DNA of 64,000 bases from Octopus sinensis (taxonomy: Eukaryota): the NCBI RefSeq assembly GCF_006345805.1, contig NC_043001.1:127348001-127412000 (forward strand), read 5' to 3'. The position numbers and the translations under genes were made by a program. The notes under the pieces are model-generated. The model had not been told where the DNA came from. It made no database searches and worked only from the letters and a program-made list of their open reading frames with translations. Below, in pieces: positions 12,751 to 26,210 of the stretch. Position 1 is the stretch's first letter; every line of letters begins with the position of its first letter.

Positions 12751-13965
12751 ATATATATATATAATGGATACTTGTATCATGGCCCTGGTCACGATAACTA
12801 AAAGATACTATAAGAACTATTTATTACCAATAAGAGAGCAGAATATGCCTGAGCACTAAAGTCCAACAAATCATGCTTCTATACTCTTAAGTTTAATCAG
12901 AGTGGTTTTAATACATCCTCAACACTAAACTTCTTGTTTCCTTTTTTTTTTCTAGCCACCTTCTATTTCCCTCCTTTCTCTTTCTTCTGCTCATCTTTTC
13001 TTCCACCTCCTTCCTTGCTCTCCCCTTTAATGTTCAGTTTTTCTTTCTTTTTCACCTCCTCTTTTTTCTTCCTATTCTCTCTCTTCCATTTTACATCTTT
13101 GTTTCTGTTTTTATCTCTTTTCCTTCCTCTTCATTCTCCACCATACACTGTCTTTCCCAACATACATCCCCTTACTATGCATCTACTACACTGTCCTCTC
13201 TCTCTCTCTCTCTCCTGTATTACTCATTTCTTCTGTGGAATGGTCAGTTATTTTTTTTCTTCAGATTTTTAGTATTTTTTTTGGGGGGGGGGGGGTATTC
13301 TTATTGTTCTTTTGCTCTTCGGCTGACTTCTGTGATGACATGTAAATTCTGTGTGTGTGAAGAGAGAAGAAAGATTATAAGTAAAAGAATAAGTAATTTA
13401 AAAAATCCTAAAGGGATGCCCCAGCATGACCACAGCCCACTAGCTGGCAGACTCTTCACAGAATTGGATTTATGGGATTAAACTGAAGTAGAGTCAAATA
13501 AATATATAAAGAGACCGAGAAAGTGAGAGTGATGACAGTGAATCATAACTGACCTAGACGTTGACCTATTGGCCACAGAAAAGGTCAGTTGCCCATGTTG
13601 TATCACTGGTACTGCATCAACATTGTGTTCACCATGTTACAGAAACATTTAACTCTGAATGTGGTCCCTGAGTCCAGTTCACTGTAAATACAAGTACATT
13701 GGGAGGTGGAGAGAAATGGAAACTTAAAAGCAGTGTCATTAATTTGTGGTGCTATGTTTGAATCCTGCCAGAGGCTGGACTGCATCTGTACCATGTACCT
13801 CACGTGAGTTTGAACCTGGTTAAGGATGATGAAATCTCCAGTGTTGGTTGCTAATATGATGAGATCTTGAGAGATGGCCCTCAAGTTTTTTAGATTGGCC
13901 TTTAATGTAATATAAGATCTCCAATGATACCCTCCCCCACAATGTAATTCAAGGTTTTTATTTTA

Positions 13966-14204
13966 CACTATCCATACAACAGAGGCATACAAGCATCTTT
14001 TTATCTATAGCTATGAAATCCCATATGGACAGTTAAAAGATGCATGTGAGGTTCTTTTCTCTCAGATTTGACAACATAGCAAGTAGAACACATATAAGCA
14101 TCTTTGGGATATTACAGCTGCCTGTGAGCGATGCATATATGGCCCACTAGGATTTCATAGCTATAGATAAGAGATACCAATGTGCACCTATAGTATGGAT
14201 ATTG
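13966..14204. mobile_element. MITE with ~55-bp imperfect terminal inverted repeats
   Basis: TATCCATAC...TTATCTATAGCTATGAAATCC (13969-14021) is mirrored by GGATTTCATAGCTATAGATAA...GTATGGATA (14150-14201). Confidence 0.65.
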
Positions 14205-15518
14205 TTAAAGAAATTGTACAAGAAAAAAATTTAAGGAAAGGAAAATTTGCTGAAAAGCACTTCATTTATCAATAGAAAATTTGGTGGCTGAATTAACTCA
14301 CCCTATGTGTACTGCACCACCCCTAAATGTCCAAAGGTTTGATTAAAGGTATTCCAGCCATAACCACTCTACCTTTAATTCAAACATTGTGTGTCTAATA
14401 CATTACATCATCATTTGTTTTGTTTTTTTAAGACAATAGAATGGTTTGAGAAAGATATGGCTTCCTCTTGTGTGTGTGTGTGTGAAGGATTATTAAATGT
14501 TTGTGGGTTTATTTTTTTTTTTAAGTTTCTCTTTTTTAAAGAAAAATAAATGAAAAAGAAATATTCACATATAATTGAAGGACAAGAGAAAAAGATCGAC
14601 TTTTTAAATCTTGTGTTTTTATTTTTCATTAAAAAAAAAAAGGAAAAGCAAAAAATGTAAAATGCATAAAATATACACTGAAAATGTTTTTCTTAACACC
14701 AATGATGGACATATTTAATAAACGGAACTTTGAATCAAACAGTGGTTTTGTACTGTGTCAAAATTTGACATACTTGTCTCAATTATACCAACTCTCTCTC
14801 TCTCACTTGTATATCTGTGGTCTTGTACCATGCTTATGTTACTTTGTTTCAAACATTAGCAATCATTACGGAGATGTACTTGCATAGCAAGTGATTTGAT
14901 CTGAGATCGTGTGCTGGAACGAAAACAATTGCAGCGTGGAAGGTGTTTGTAAGCCATTTAAGAAACACACAAAAGCCGTTTGATTCACTTCAACATTTAA
15001 GTTTAATTTGTCAAAATATTTTCGTCCCATATGGTTTTTGTACTGTGTCAACCAAACCCCTTTATCTCAATACCACCAGCCTAAGAGGGCCTGATATTGC
15101 AATGGGTACACTGGCCTATTACATCAGACTAATGACAAGCCTGGTGGTGAACTTGCTTGTATTTGTTTACTATTAGTTACCCCTGGAAAATCCATGGGTG
15201 ATCAATGTTCAATGTTATAGTTGATTACTTGCAACAAACTGTATATAAAGGGATTGATTGAATAAAATATGCTTGTCGTTGTCATTTAACACCTGAAATA
15301 ATATATAAATATACACCCAGTTACCTTTAAATGTTGCCATTGCTGGCAAGGGTCTCAGCTCAAAGAGTCAACAGGGTATTTGAGTAACAGCCAAAGAATC
15401 AGTGGTCTACATTCTGACCTCCACCACAGGTTTGTGCATCTGTTGCCAAAATCACTTTATATTTAATCAAGATAATAGGTGTCACATGGTGAAGTAATTA
15501 TTTCTGTAGATATATATA

Positions 15519-15744
15519 TAGGTACAACATCAATTTTCTGGAACTTTTGGTTGCGAAACCTTTCCAGATTACTGATTTTTCTGAACCAGAGGTGCTTGTT
15601 TTAGTCAACACACTCTAAATGTTTCAAATATTGAATTTACTTAAAATAATAAAATGAAATACAGTACCTATACATTAGTGTAAATTAGTGCAGATTATAA
15701 AAGTTTTTGGACTATCAGTATCTGGAAAGTTGGTGTTGTACTTG
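15519..15744. mobile_element. Old Tc1/pogo-type MITE
   Basis: TAGGTACAACATCAATTTTCTGGA and TCTGGAAAGTTGGTGTTGTACTTG are imperfect TIRs. Confidence 0.5.
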
Positions 15745-15769
15745 TGTATGTGTATCTATGTATATATGT

Positions 15770-15812
<43 letters not shown>

Positions 15813-16814
15813 TGCATGTATGGATATTTAGCACTTTCTTTCTTGTGAACAACAGTGAGAAGGGATTGTCTGTTCGATTAGGGCAGAACAAATATCACTG
15901 TACTTTTTGTTCGGATGCACTAGTTTATTAGTTTTACACATGCATATACATGTGTAACAAACTCCTGCACACTGTTTCCGACTTTGAAATTCCGCTCCCA
16001 AAGTATTAATCAGTCCAACACTAGGTTAGTAGACTCTAGCTGAAGAAGTCACACAAAAGTATAAAACCTGAAACCTTGTGGCTATGAAACAAATATCCTC
16101 TCCATAAAGACATTGCTGCAGAACAAACACCACAAGGTATTGTATTCATTGTTCTTCCAACTCTGCCAATAGATAAGTGTTTGTGTGGAGCCATGTGGAG
16201 GAGTGGTTAGAGAGCTTTTCTCATAATCAAAGTTGTGAGTTCTGTTCCTGCACAAGGTGGTGTTTTTGATTTGTTTACAACACTGACCTCATTCGTTTAT
16301 CACTGGGATAATCTTTGTAGAGTTAACTTAATCCAAAATACACTGCATTAGTGGTCACACTATGAAACATTGGGTTGTGAAATATTCCACATTTTCAAAA
16401 TTAATCACTAAATCTAAGAGATTTGTTAAATCTAGAATTAAACATTGATTTCTAAAATCAAGATATTTTCCTAATATTTTACTTCTTTTTCTTTTTTTAC
16501 AAGGGATTTTTGTAAGAAGGGTGTACAGTCTATTATTGACTCAACTTCAATATTTTTGATAGATGTATCTCATGTGATGTAGTGGGTGAAAGGAAGACAA
16601 AAATTGACTCCTGAAACTGAGAAGGCAAAAACTAAACACTATTGCAGTACTGTACTAGATGCAGCAATGGCTATATGGATAAGAAGCTTGCTTTACAACT
16701 ACATGGGTCTGAGTTCAATCCTATGATATGGTACTTTGGGCAAATGTCTTCTACCATATTTCAGATAGAAACTATGTGGAAATTTGTAAAGGTAAATGGT
16801 AAAGGTAAATATAT

Positions 16815-17110
16815 AGTGTGACCAACTGAGACAATGGATATTATCCAACCATCTTATTCTTGGTCTACCCCTTAGGTCTTCTGCCAGTTGGCTTGGAGAA
16901 TCTATCCTGAGATTCTTTCCTGTGATGTTCAGATCATGTGTCCATGGTACCAGAGCTGTAACCTCTCAATGCAGACAAGTAGAGGTTCAATCTGGGGAGA
17001 CTCTCTTATATTCTGAGCTATGCACCCTTTTGAGTAACATTATTCTAGCGATGAACATATACCATCTCTCTGTTACAAAAAAATACAATATTAAGGAAAT
17101 CTCCTGACTT
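16815..17110 (-). mobile_element. RTE-clade LINE 3' fragment (degenerate)
   Basis: Minus-strand IEPLLVCIERLQLWYHGHMI...RGRPRIRWLDNI. Confidence 0.6.
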
Positions 17111-19122
17111 TAGATGACTGTTTATCCCACAGAATAATGTAATGTAGTGATTATTGCAGTAATTAATTAATGTTGTTGATTTTTGTAATTGTGGACTATT
17201 CCATGACCTATTGGCTCACAGGGCTTCTACCACTGAAGATTTTTGACTTCATGCAGGGTTTCTTGGTTAAGTTGGTTTAACAAAGACTATGCCTTCCCAA
17301 GCTATACCTGAGAGAAGTGGGTAGCTGAAATCATGCTTTGCAAACTCGTAACAAATATGTCAATTTTACAATGAGGCCACTGCTTAGAGTAGCGAACTAA
17401 ATGCAGTATTGCATTCAACAGTGCCCACAAGTATGCCTTAAGTTTTTTAAGCAAATTGGAAAATATCAGGATATCTTTTTAATGCACTGCATTAGAGCAT
17501 TTATTTTTTTTCTTCACAGCAAAGTACAATGCATGTGCCCATATCTGTTTCAAAAACAACTTTGGTACTTGTTTTATTTATACAATAAAACATTTAAAAA
17601 GCTAATGGTGACCTGTCATAACAATTTGAGTAGTTTATTCAGTGTGCCTTGTCTTGATAAAGATTGAAAATTGCTGCTTTAAACATTTGATCATTTACTG
17701 CAAATGCTATTAGTCTACTCTTGAAGAAATGTCTGCTTCAGGCAATTCTGAAGCAGCAGCAACTAATACAACTGTAAAAGATTAAAATTAGGTATTCATA
17801 GTTGCATTCTTATCTCATGTTGTTCGACATATCCTGAAAATTTTGTGAACCTCAACAAATACACATACTTTCAAATGTTCCTAACTGTATATTTTGTATG
17901 AATATTTATTTAATGTACCCTTTCTATTAACTGTTGCATACACCATTTCTTATTTCCCATATTCTATATTCATTATGCTTCTTCCCCAGACCTATTTAAC
18001 AATTTTCTCCAAGCTCTAATTGTCATTTATTGCAGCCAAAGAAAGAATAACAGTTCTCACTATACTCTGTAATCCTGACCTCCAAAGAGGACCAAAGCAG
18101 GCCAGTGTGTCCAGAATGGAGTTCTATGCCCCATATATGCCTTGTAATATATTTAGACTGTTAGGTCTGTAGGTTGTTGGTTTAGCATTTTGTCAGCCGT
18201 CACTGACCTGCTGAAAACAGAATTGACACTGATATATTACTGGTATAAGTGCCTATATATTTATTAATCCTTTGTATGCTGCTTACACATATTTCAGTGT
18301 TCCTGGAAGAATGATAAAACAGAGCATAGAGAATATAAGTAAATTTATGATTGCTGTTACTCTGTTGCAGCCTACTGTTGGTGTGTATTTTGTTTTCCTT
18401 CATAGAATAAATATAAAGGAAGGTGTGCTTGGAATCAATTGAATATCCCCTTCATCCTTGTACATCACTGGTGTTTTATCATAATCAGATTTTGAATGTA
18501 AATAACACAAATATTAAATGGCTGATTAGTTAAGAAGTTAGCTTCACAAACATGAGGTACTGTATTCAATCCCACTACATGTTATCTCAGGCAAAAGCAT
18601 TGAGTCAACATGTTCTTTGTGAATGTAATTGGGTCGGTAGAAACTGTGTAGAAGCTCATTGGTGGGATTCTACCTATAATTCAAAAGGTACACTGTCCTA
18701 CTGATTCTGTCTGAGACTTACATTACAAGTACATGTGACAGTGAAATGCTCAGTCACTTACAAACTAATTCAATGAGTAATACAATTGAATTGTGATCTT
18801 TGAAACCAACTGAGATCCAATAACTACCATTTCTATAAATCTAACACCTTTCATACAAAGAAATAACTAAATCTTATCAGGTTGGACAACGGTCCATTAC
18901 TTGAAGATGTGCAAAGACATTTTTCTATATGCATTTATTTTTGTAAGGGAAAGGACATTAAAGGGATTTTAAGCAAACCCCAGTGTATTACCAGTACTTA
19001 TTTATCAACCTCAAAATGTTGAAAACAGTCAACAATCACTTGTCCATATGAGAACGTGAACTCAAAAGCAATGAAGTGTAATGAAACAAATTAGAAAGAA
19101 GTACTTGTGATCAATTTGTTTA

Positions 19123-19300
19123 TCATCATCATCATCATCGTTTAACGTCCGTTCTCCATGCTAGCATGGGTTGGACGGTTCGACCGGGGATCTGGGAAGC
19201 CAGAAGGCTGCACCAGGCTCCGGTCTTATCTGGCAATGTTTCTACAGCTGGATGCCCTTCCTAACGCCAACCACTCCGTGAGTGTAGTGGGTGCTTTTTA
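19123..19300 (-). mobile_element. SINE family E (3' end ...CCAACCCATGCTAGCATGGARAACGGACGTTAAA + (TGA)n tail), 5'-truncated
   Basis: Recurs at 19520-19690, 20880-21090, 21691-21781, 33299-33485 and 37945-38185. Confidence 0.85.
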
Positions 19301-19968
19301 ATATTCCAGAAAGTGTATCAATAAAGAAGAATGAAGTGCAATGATTAATGTCAAGCTCGACAGGGTCTCCTTTCCCTGCCAATCCATTGAAGTCCATATC
19401 ATTGACCAGTTTTGTAAGGCAGTTGATAGGGACAATTGGAAACTCCATAATCCATTCATGCACATCACTAATTGTGTGACAAAGCATCTGATTCATGTGA
19501 GGAGGCAGATATATGTACTATCACCATCATCATCATCATCATTTAGCGTCCGTTTTCCATGCTAGCATGGGTTGGACGGTTCAACTGGGGTCTGTGAAGC
19601 CGGAAGGCTTCATCAGGCCCAGTCAGATCTGGCAGTGTTTCTACGGCTGGATGCCCTTCCTAATGCCAACCACTCCGTGAGTGTAGTGCATGTAGTATAC
19701 TAGTATTTACCTAGTATTTAATATAGACATTAGAGTGACACACATCAAGTCAGCCCACATTATATTTACCCTGTTTGGGTAAAGTGTTGTAGATGAGTAT
19801 CAAAAACATAAATAAGTAAATTTTGGTTGCAACTAAAAAATGAAAATAGAAGAGATAAATATAAGTATATAATCATATATAAACATTAATATGATAAAAG
19901 AGAATATCAAATGCATGGTAAATATATAAGGAATACAACAAATATACAATATTATATTATAATACAAT

Positions 19969-20360
19969 AGGCGCAGGAGTGGCTGTGTGGTAAGTAGCTT
20001 GCTTACGAACCACATGGTTCCGGGTTCAGTCCCACTGCATGGCACCTTGGGTAAGTGTCTTCTACTATAGCCTCGGGCCGACCAAAGCCTTGTGAGTGGA
20101 TTTGGTAGACGGAAACTGAAAGAAGCCCGTCGTATATATGTATATATATATGTGTATGTGTGTCTGTGTTTGGCCCCCACCAACATCGCTTGACAACCGA
20201 TGCTAGTGTGTATACGTCCCCGTAACTTAGCGCTTCGGCAAAAAGAGAACCATAAAATAAGTATTAGGCTTACAAAGAATAAGTCCCGGGGTCGATTTGC
20301 TCGACTAAAGGCGGTGCTCCAGCATGGCCGCAGTCAAATGACTGAAACAAGTAAAAGAAA
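19969..20360 (+). mobile_element. SINE family A, full length
   Basis: tRNA-like head, GCACCTTGGGYAAGTG CORE-like segment, internal microsatellite, tail ...GACTGAAACAAGTAAAAG. Confidence 0.9.
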
Positions 20361-20879
20361 AAATATATATATATAAACATTAATATAATAAAAGAGAATG
20401 TCAAATACATGGTAAATATATAAGGAATACAGCAAATATAATACACACACACGCACAAGTACTTAATCCATCTTTGGTCAGGTACATAGGAACATGGCTA
20501 GGAAGCAACTGAATATGATACAATGCAGCACATTGGGCAACAGAACTGATCATCAACAAGTTAGAAAAGAAGGCACATTATACAATGGGACCAGACAGCA
20601 TATCATACCGACCAAGAAACCTTCAACTACACAATACAGAGGCTGAACAACCATTTCCAGTTATGGCCAGGATTTCCATATTTTGAAAAATCTGAGATGA
20701 AGAATTCATCTAGAATTAGTGCCAAATGTTTTCTCTTAGAGGTATGTGGAAGACAGAGTAGAACAGCTCTATCAGTAGGTTAAGTGTACCAAGCTTAGCT
20801 CTATAGCATAGATTTTTCTTAAAAGCTTTATCTATGATTCCAAGTACCAGCAATACCTTGTCCTCTGCATTGGTTGGCT

Positions 20880-21090
20880 TCCTCGCCTCGACTGGCTTCC
20901 GTGCAGGTGGTACGTAAAAAGCACCCACTACACTCACGGAGTGGTTGGCGTTAGGAAGGGCATCCAGCTGTAGAAACATTGCCAGATAAGACCGGAGCCT
21001 GGTGCAGCCTTCTGGCTTCCCAGATCCCCGGTCGAACCGTCCAACCCATGCTAGCATGGAGAACGGACGTTAAATGATGATGATGATGAT
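20880..21090 (+). mobile_element. SINE family E
   Basis: Exact inverted match to 19141-19300 over 160 bp; (TGA)n tail. Confidence 0.85.
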
Positions 21091-23336
21091 GTGCTCTTAT
21101 AGGACAGCTGTGCACCTCAACCATCTCATGCATTTCAAGCCTACTCTCTCACATATGAAGCAATTCGGCACAAATTTGTAATCACTCAAACCTTCGCCTA
21201 TGATGCTGTAGCCTTCCAGTGATTGCATGGAATGCACAGCCATATTCATCACATACAGCTCTGATATGAATTCACAGGACCGTCTTTTACATTTCTTGCC
21301 TCTACACTAGTTAGAATGGTACCTGAGCAGATGAAACAGACCACTCTTTCTACTACATTTGTTGCATCAGTAAATTAGTTTTCCTCCTTTCTCAGAAGAG
21401 CCAGAGAAATGCCATGGAAGCAGGAGACAGAACAACCTGATGCTCATGCATAGTATTTCAAAGCAGGCCTCATCCACTGTCAGACCAGTAAATTTCTCAA
21501 TGTAAGCTGAGAAGTCAGTGGCCTTTTGACAGGAAAGCTGTCTACCCCATAGTGGCAAGGTGTGTGAACAATATTCAAGTATGAATTTGTCTGGTTTTTC
21601 CTTACATATTCAGCATCATCATCATTTAACATTTGTTGTCCATGGATTGACCAGGGCTGGCAAGCTGGAAGGCTGCACCAGACTCCAGTATGGTGCAGCC
21701 TTCGGGCTTCCCAGACCCCAGTTGAACCATCCAACCCATGCTAGCATGGAAAGTGGACGTTAAACGATGATGATGATGATGAACCCTGAAAGAATAAAAA
21801 GCAAAGTTGGCTTTGGTGAGGTTTTTGCTCACAGCATAGAGACCCAAAAGAAATATTGCTATGTTTTTTGGGGTTTTTTTTTGTTAAAATTTTTTTGTGA
21901 TGTGCTAAAGATTCTGTCAACTCACTGCCTTAACAGCTACATCATCATCATTGTTTAACATCCTCCTTCCATGGTTTCTATGGCTGGATGCCCCTTTCCT
22001 AACACCAACCACTCTGAGAGTGTAATGGATGCATTTACATGCCACTGGCACAGGTGCCATTTGTGTGACACCAGTATCTGCCATGACTGTAATTTTACTT
22101 GGCTTGTGATAGTAAAATATTTACTCCAGGAGCTTTGCTTAGATATAAGGAACATAAATCAGAAATGGTTGTTTTTTCCCCACAATGAACTTCTACAGTA
22201 TATTATGACTGACCAGTAGGAGCCATCCTGTTCCAAATTGGTCACTGGTTTAATAGTGTCTGGCTGCTATTTGACTCCTTTCTTTGTCTCTTCCATTTCA
22301 TCTCTTCACACACAGTCACCCACAAATGACTAGACCAATCTAGAATGATTGAACCTACTGAGACAGCAACCAAAAAGAGAAATAAAAATAATGGAAAATA
22401 ATGCAGAAAAGACAACAATATCTCTCAGGCCTTGCTTTAATCACAGATTTAAGTGTTCTTACTATAACAAAGAGGCATTCATTAAGATTAGAAGTGTAAA
22501 CATTCGTAATACTGCTACTGATGTGTTGTGTCCACTGGACACTTATAAAACTGATTCTAATCTTAATTTCCTGTTGAAAGGTTTATAACAGTAGAAAAGG
22601 TATCGATATGTAGCATAGCACATTGAATTGTGCCTCTGAGTTACTCACACTCATGTTCTACTTTTAACAGTCTACACAAGTGGTTAGTAGTAGCAGCGTC
22701 ATACAACTGTAAAATAACAATTCATCAAAGAAATACAAAAGAGAGCATTCCTTTTACATTGCATTGAAAAATGTAAAACAATCCTTCTGTTTTATAGTAT
22801 TAGCATTCAGATAAATCTGTCAAATGTTATGTATATTTATTCATATTTTAAATTAATTATACATTATCTTGAAGATGTGAGATTTCACTGATGTAATTGT
22901 TTATCTCCAAAGCGACATTGTGGGGTAGGTGTGAGAGGCCAGGTCTGGCTGGTTTGAAAATTAAACAGGTAGAATATTTGGGCCAAATATGACCAGCTTA
23001 AATATTAAAGAGTTAAAATAAAGGTAGTTTGTTAAAGGATCACAGGTTGTTTTCACTGTTAAATGGAAGACATGTTTTCATCAGACAAGAGTACTCTTAA
23101 TAACATAGCAACATTGATGAACTGAAAGAGAAAATTAGAACAGTTAACAAAAAACAGACAAGCAAAAAGAGAAAAATATTGCAATTAACCTATGGGATGC
23201 AATTCATAGTACTAAAACGGTAACAGAAGCAAATCTTAATTACCAATTTGTGATTCTCAATGTGCTGAGAAGTACATAAACATGTATATATATATAGATA
23301 TGTATTCATTTATGAATATGAGTTTGCATACACACT

Positions 23337-23403
<67 letters not shown>

Positions 23404-23623
23404 TCAGACATGAGATTGTAGACTGCCAGTTTGATAGAATACTAAATGTTATTGGTGAAATGTATTATATACACCACTTTTGTTTTAACTATTATACTTA
23501 TGTACACCATATATATATATGTGTGTGTGTGTGTGTGTATAAACTCAATTATTTTTCCCACTCCACTATCATAAACCTATGATGTGATAACAGTCAAGTC
23601 TGAGGTAATCAACTACATGAAAT

Positions 23624-23924
23624 GTGATCACGTGATCACGTGACCGACCAGTCCATCAGATGTAGTTACACATCGCTGGTCACAATGCGTTCGCATTGTT
23701 TTAGCTTTCGAATGACGCCACCCCGCTGGCTAAGTGAGCAGGCCAACAGAAGAAAGAGTGGTGAAAGAGTACAGCAGGGATCACCACCCACTGCCGGAGC
23801 CTCGTGGAGCTTTTTTAGGTGTTTTCGCTCAATAAACACTCACAATGCCCAGTCTTGGAATCAAAACCGCGATCCTACGACCGCGAGTCCACTGCCCTAA
23901 CCACTGGGCCATTGCGCCTCCACA
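23624..23924 (-). mobile_element. SINE family C' (C head with an alternative tail ending GGTCACGTGATCACGTGA)
   Basis: Shares the 5' half with family C. TSD ACATGAAATGT on both sides. Second copy at 42068-42342. Confidence 0.85.
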
Positions 23925-24043
23925 CATGAAATGTAAGAACATTTATCCATCAAGAAGTATTCCATGTTATGTGTAGAAATAATGTCATAATCAGACAAAT
24001 CCCAAACAGCATCCATATAAACCTAATCCACATTTATTGAGGA

Positions 24044-24475
24044 CTAGCAGCATAGCCCGGCGTTGCCCGGGTAAGTAAGAGCCCCTAGTAGGCAACGACT
24101 AATCCCAATCTAGTCCTTTCCTTCTAGGGAACGAAGGCGCATGTGTAGGTTGCAATGTCTTCTCTTCACTCGAATACTTCTGTGTATACGATGTTGCTAG
24201 CTGTCCCTTTGGGCGATAAAAAGGTCGAGTTGTGTCCCCTAGACAGAAAATGTGTTGCATATAAAAAGCTTAGATTCTCGACCCCATGTCGAATTTATCG
24301 ATATTTTTCAGAACTGGGGGAACTTTTCAAAACTTTCCCTGCGTTAGTTTTGAATTATGACATTGAGCTATGTGTGTGTCAAGTTTCATCAGAATTGGTT
24401 GAAAGCCGTGGTCAGGGTGAGGGTACAACCTGACAGACACACAGACAGACAAACTGCCGTTTATATATAGAGAGA
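24044..24475 (-). mobile_element. Non-autonomous Helitron
   Basis: Minus strand reads A|TC 5' end, (GTCT)n subterminal microsatellite, 3' hairpin CCCGG-GCAACG-CCGGG, then CTAG|T. No TSD. Confidence 0.85.
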
Positions 24476-25405
24476 TGGTTGTCAAATTAGTGATCGCAAT
24501 CAACTACTTTTAAATAAACACAAATACAACACTTCGTAAATACTTGAGAAAATGTTAAACGTAAAGTAGCTCCTCTATATACTGAGAGAGTTTTCTTTCC
24601 CAATGGTCTAGCATTTTTGTTGACTTTGTTTTGTGGTTCAAGTCCTGAGGTTGATCTTTACAGGGATTTAATTTATTTTATTTTGTTTTACATATGTTTG
24701 GTTTTTTTCATTTCCCATGAATGAGATGGTTTCTGTGCAAATTTGGACATACATAATATAAGGATTTTTTTTTTTTTTCAGTTAGAATTGTTTCTTTCTT
24801 TCTTTTCTTTTAGCTAAACATTCATTCATTAAAAAGTAGATATTGATATTATTTAGTCCCAGTTCAGCCTTGATCGAACAGGTGTATTTTGAGGGAATTT
24901 GGCTGTGATTTCTAGCAACCAGTTTGAATGGCCATATGTAGACTCCTGGGTTGGCCTAAAATATGTAAGTGTTGAAACCATTTGCCAGTCTGATTAAATT
25001 AAGCAAGCATTAGCAATAGTAGGGTTAGAACTGGAGACCATATGGTCAATAGTCAAACCCATTTCTAAAGCCAGTAGGTTTTCTCTACAACAGAAATTTA
25101 AGATTTGCCTGTGTTTCCTTCTTTATTTTCTTCATGTTTTTAACAATACAATTTTTTTCTTTATTTCCCCTCCTTTCTTCTTTCATTCCATTTTCATTTC
25201 AGAATAAAGTCTGATGTCATTTATCTTTAGTTTGTTCCAAGTGAGTAATTACAATCTTTCATGAAATTCTTCATTATTTATCTATCTCTACATATTTTTG
25301 TGTACTGTTTACTGTGACTGTTACTGTGTATGTAGATTTGTCTTTGTCTAATGTAATAAGTACATATACAAAAAAAGTACACCAGTTTGGGTTGTTCCGT
25401 TACAT

Positions 25406-25789
25406 TGGAAGCACTCCGTCGGTTACGACGACGAGGGTTCCGGTTGATCCGATCAACGGAACAGCCTGCTCGTGAAATTAACGTGTAAGTGGCTGAGCAC
25501 TCCACAGACACGTGTACCCTTAACATAGTTCTCGGGGATATTCAGCGTGACACAGAGAGTGACAAGGCCGGCCCTTTGAAATACAGGTACAACAGAAACA
25601 GGAAGTAAGAGTGAGAGAAAGTTGTGGTGAAAGAGAACAGCAGGGATCACCACCAACCCCTGCCAGAGCCTCGTGGAGCTTTTAGGTGTTTTCGCTCAAT
25701 AAACACTTACAACGCCCGGTCTGGGAATCGAAACCGCGATCCTACGACCGCGAGTCCGCTGCCCTAACCACTGGGCCATTGCGCCTCCA
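25406..25789 (-). mobile_element. SINE family C
   Basis: Full length; TSD CCGTTACATT. Confidence 0.9.
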
Positions 25790-25832
25790 TGCCGTTACAT
25801 TAGTATGAAGTAACATCATAGTATATAAGTGT

Positions 25833-26210
25833 ACTCTCTTTTTTACTCTTACTTGTTTCAGTCATTTTGACTGTGGCCATACTGGAGCACCACCTTTAGT
25901 TGACCAAATCGACCCCAGGACTTATTCTTTGTAAGCCTAGTACTTATTCTATCAGTGTCTTTTACCGAACCGCTAAGTTACATGGACGTAAACACACCAG
26001 CATCGGTTGTCAAGCGATGTTGGGGGGGGGGGACAAACACAGACACGCAAACACACACATATATATACATATACATATATACGACGGACTTCTTTCAGTT
26101 TCCGTCTACTGAATCCCCTCACAAGGCTTTGGTTGGCCCAAGGCTATAAGAGAAGACACTTGTCCATGGTGCCACGCAGTGGGACTGAACCTGGAACCAT
26201 GTGCTTGGTG
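25833..26210 (-). mobile_element. SINE family A
   Basis: Reverse complement of the 19969-type element. Confidence 0.85.

Noticed and set aside
18156-18302. Possible minus-strand 16-nt microexon (18302-18287) plus a short terminal exon
   Set aside because: Splice signals are plausible but the peptide is short and unrecognised; chance level in AT-rich DNA.
20460-21560. Fragments resembling a very decayed L1-like RT (YIGTWLG...)
   Set aside because: Too degenerate to assign by eye.
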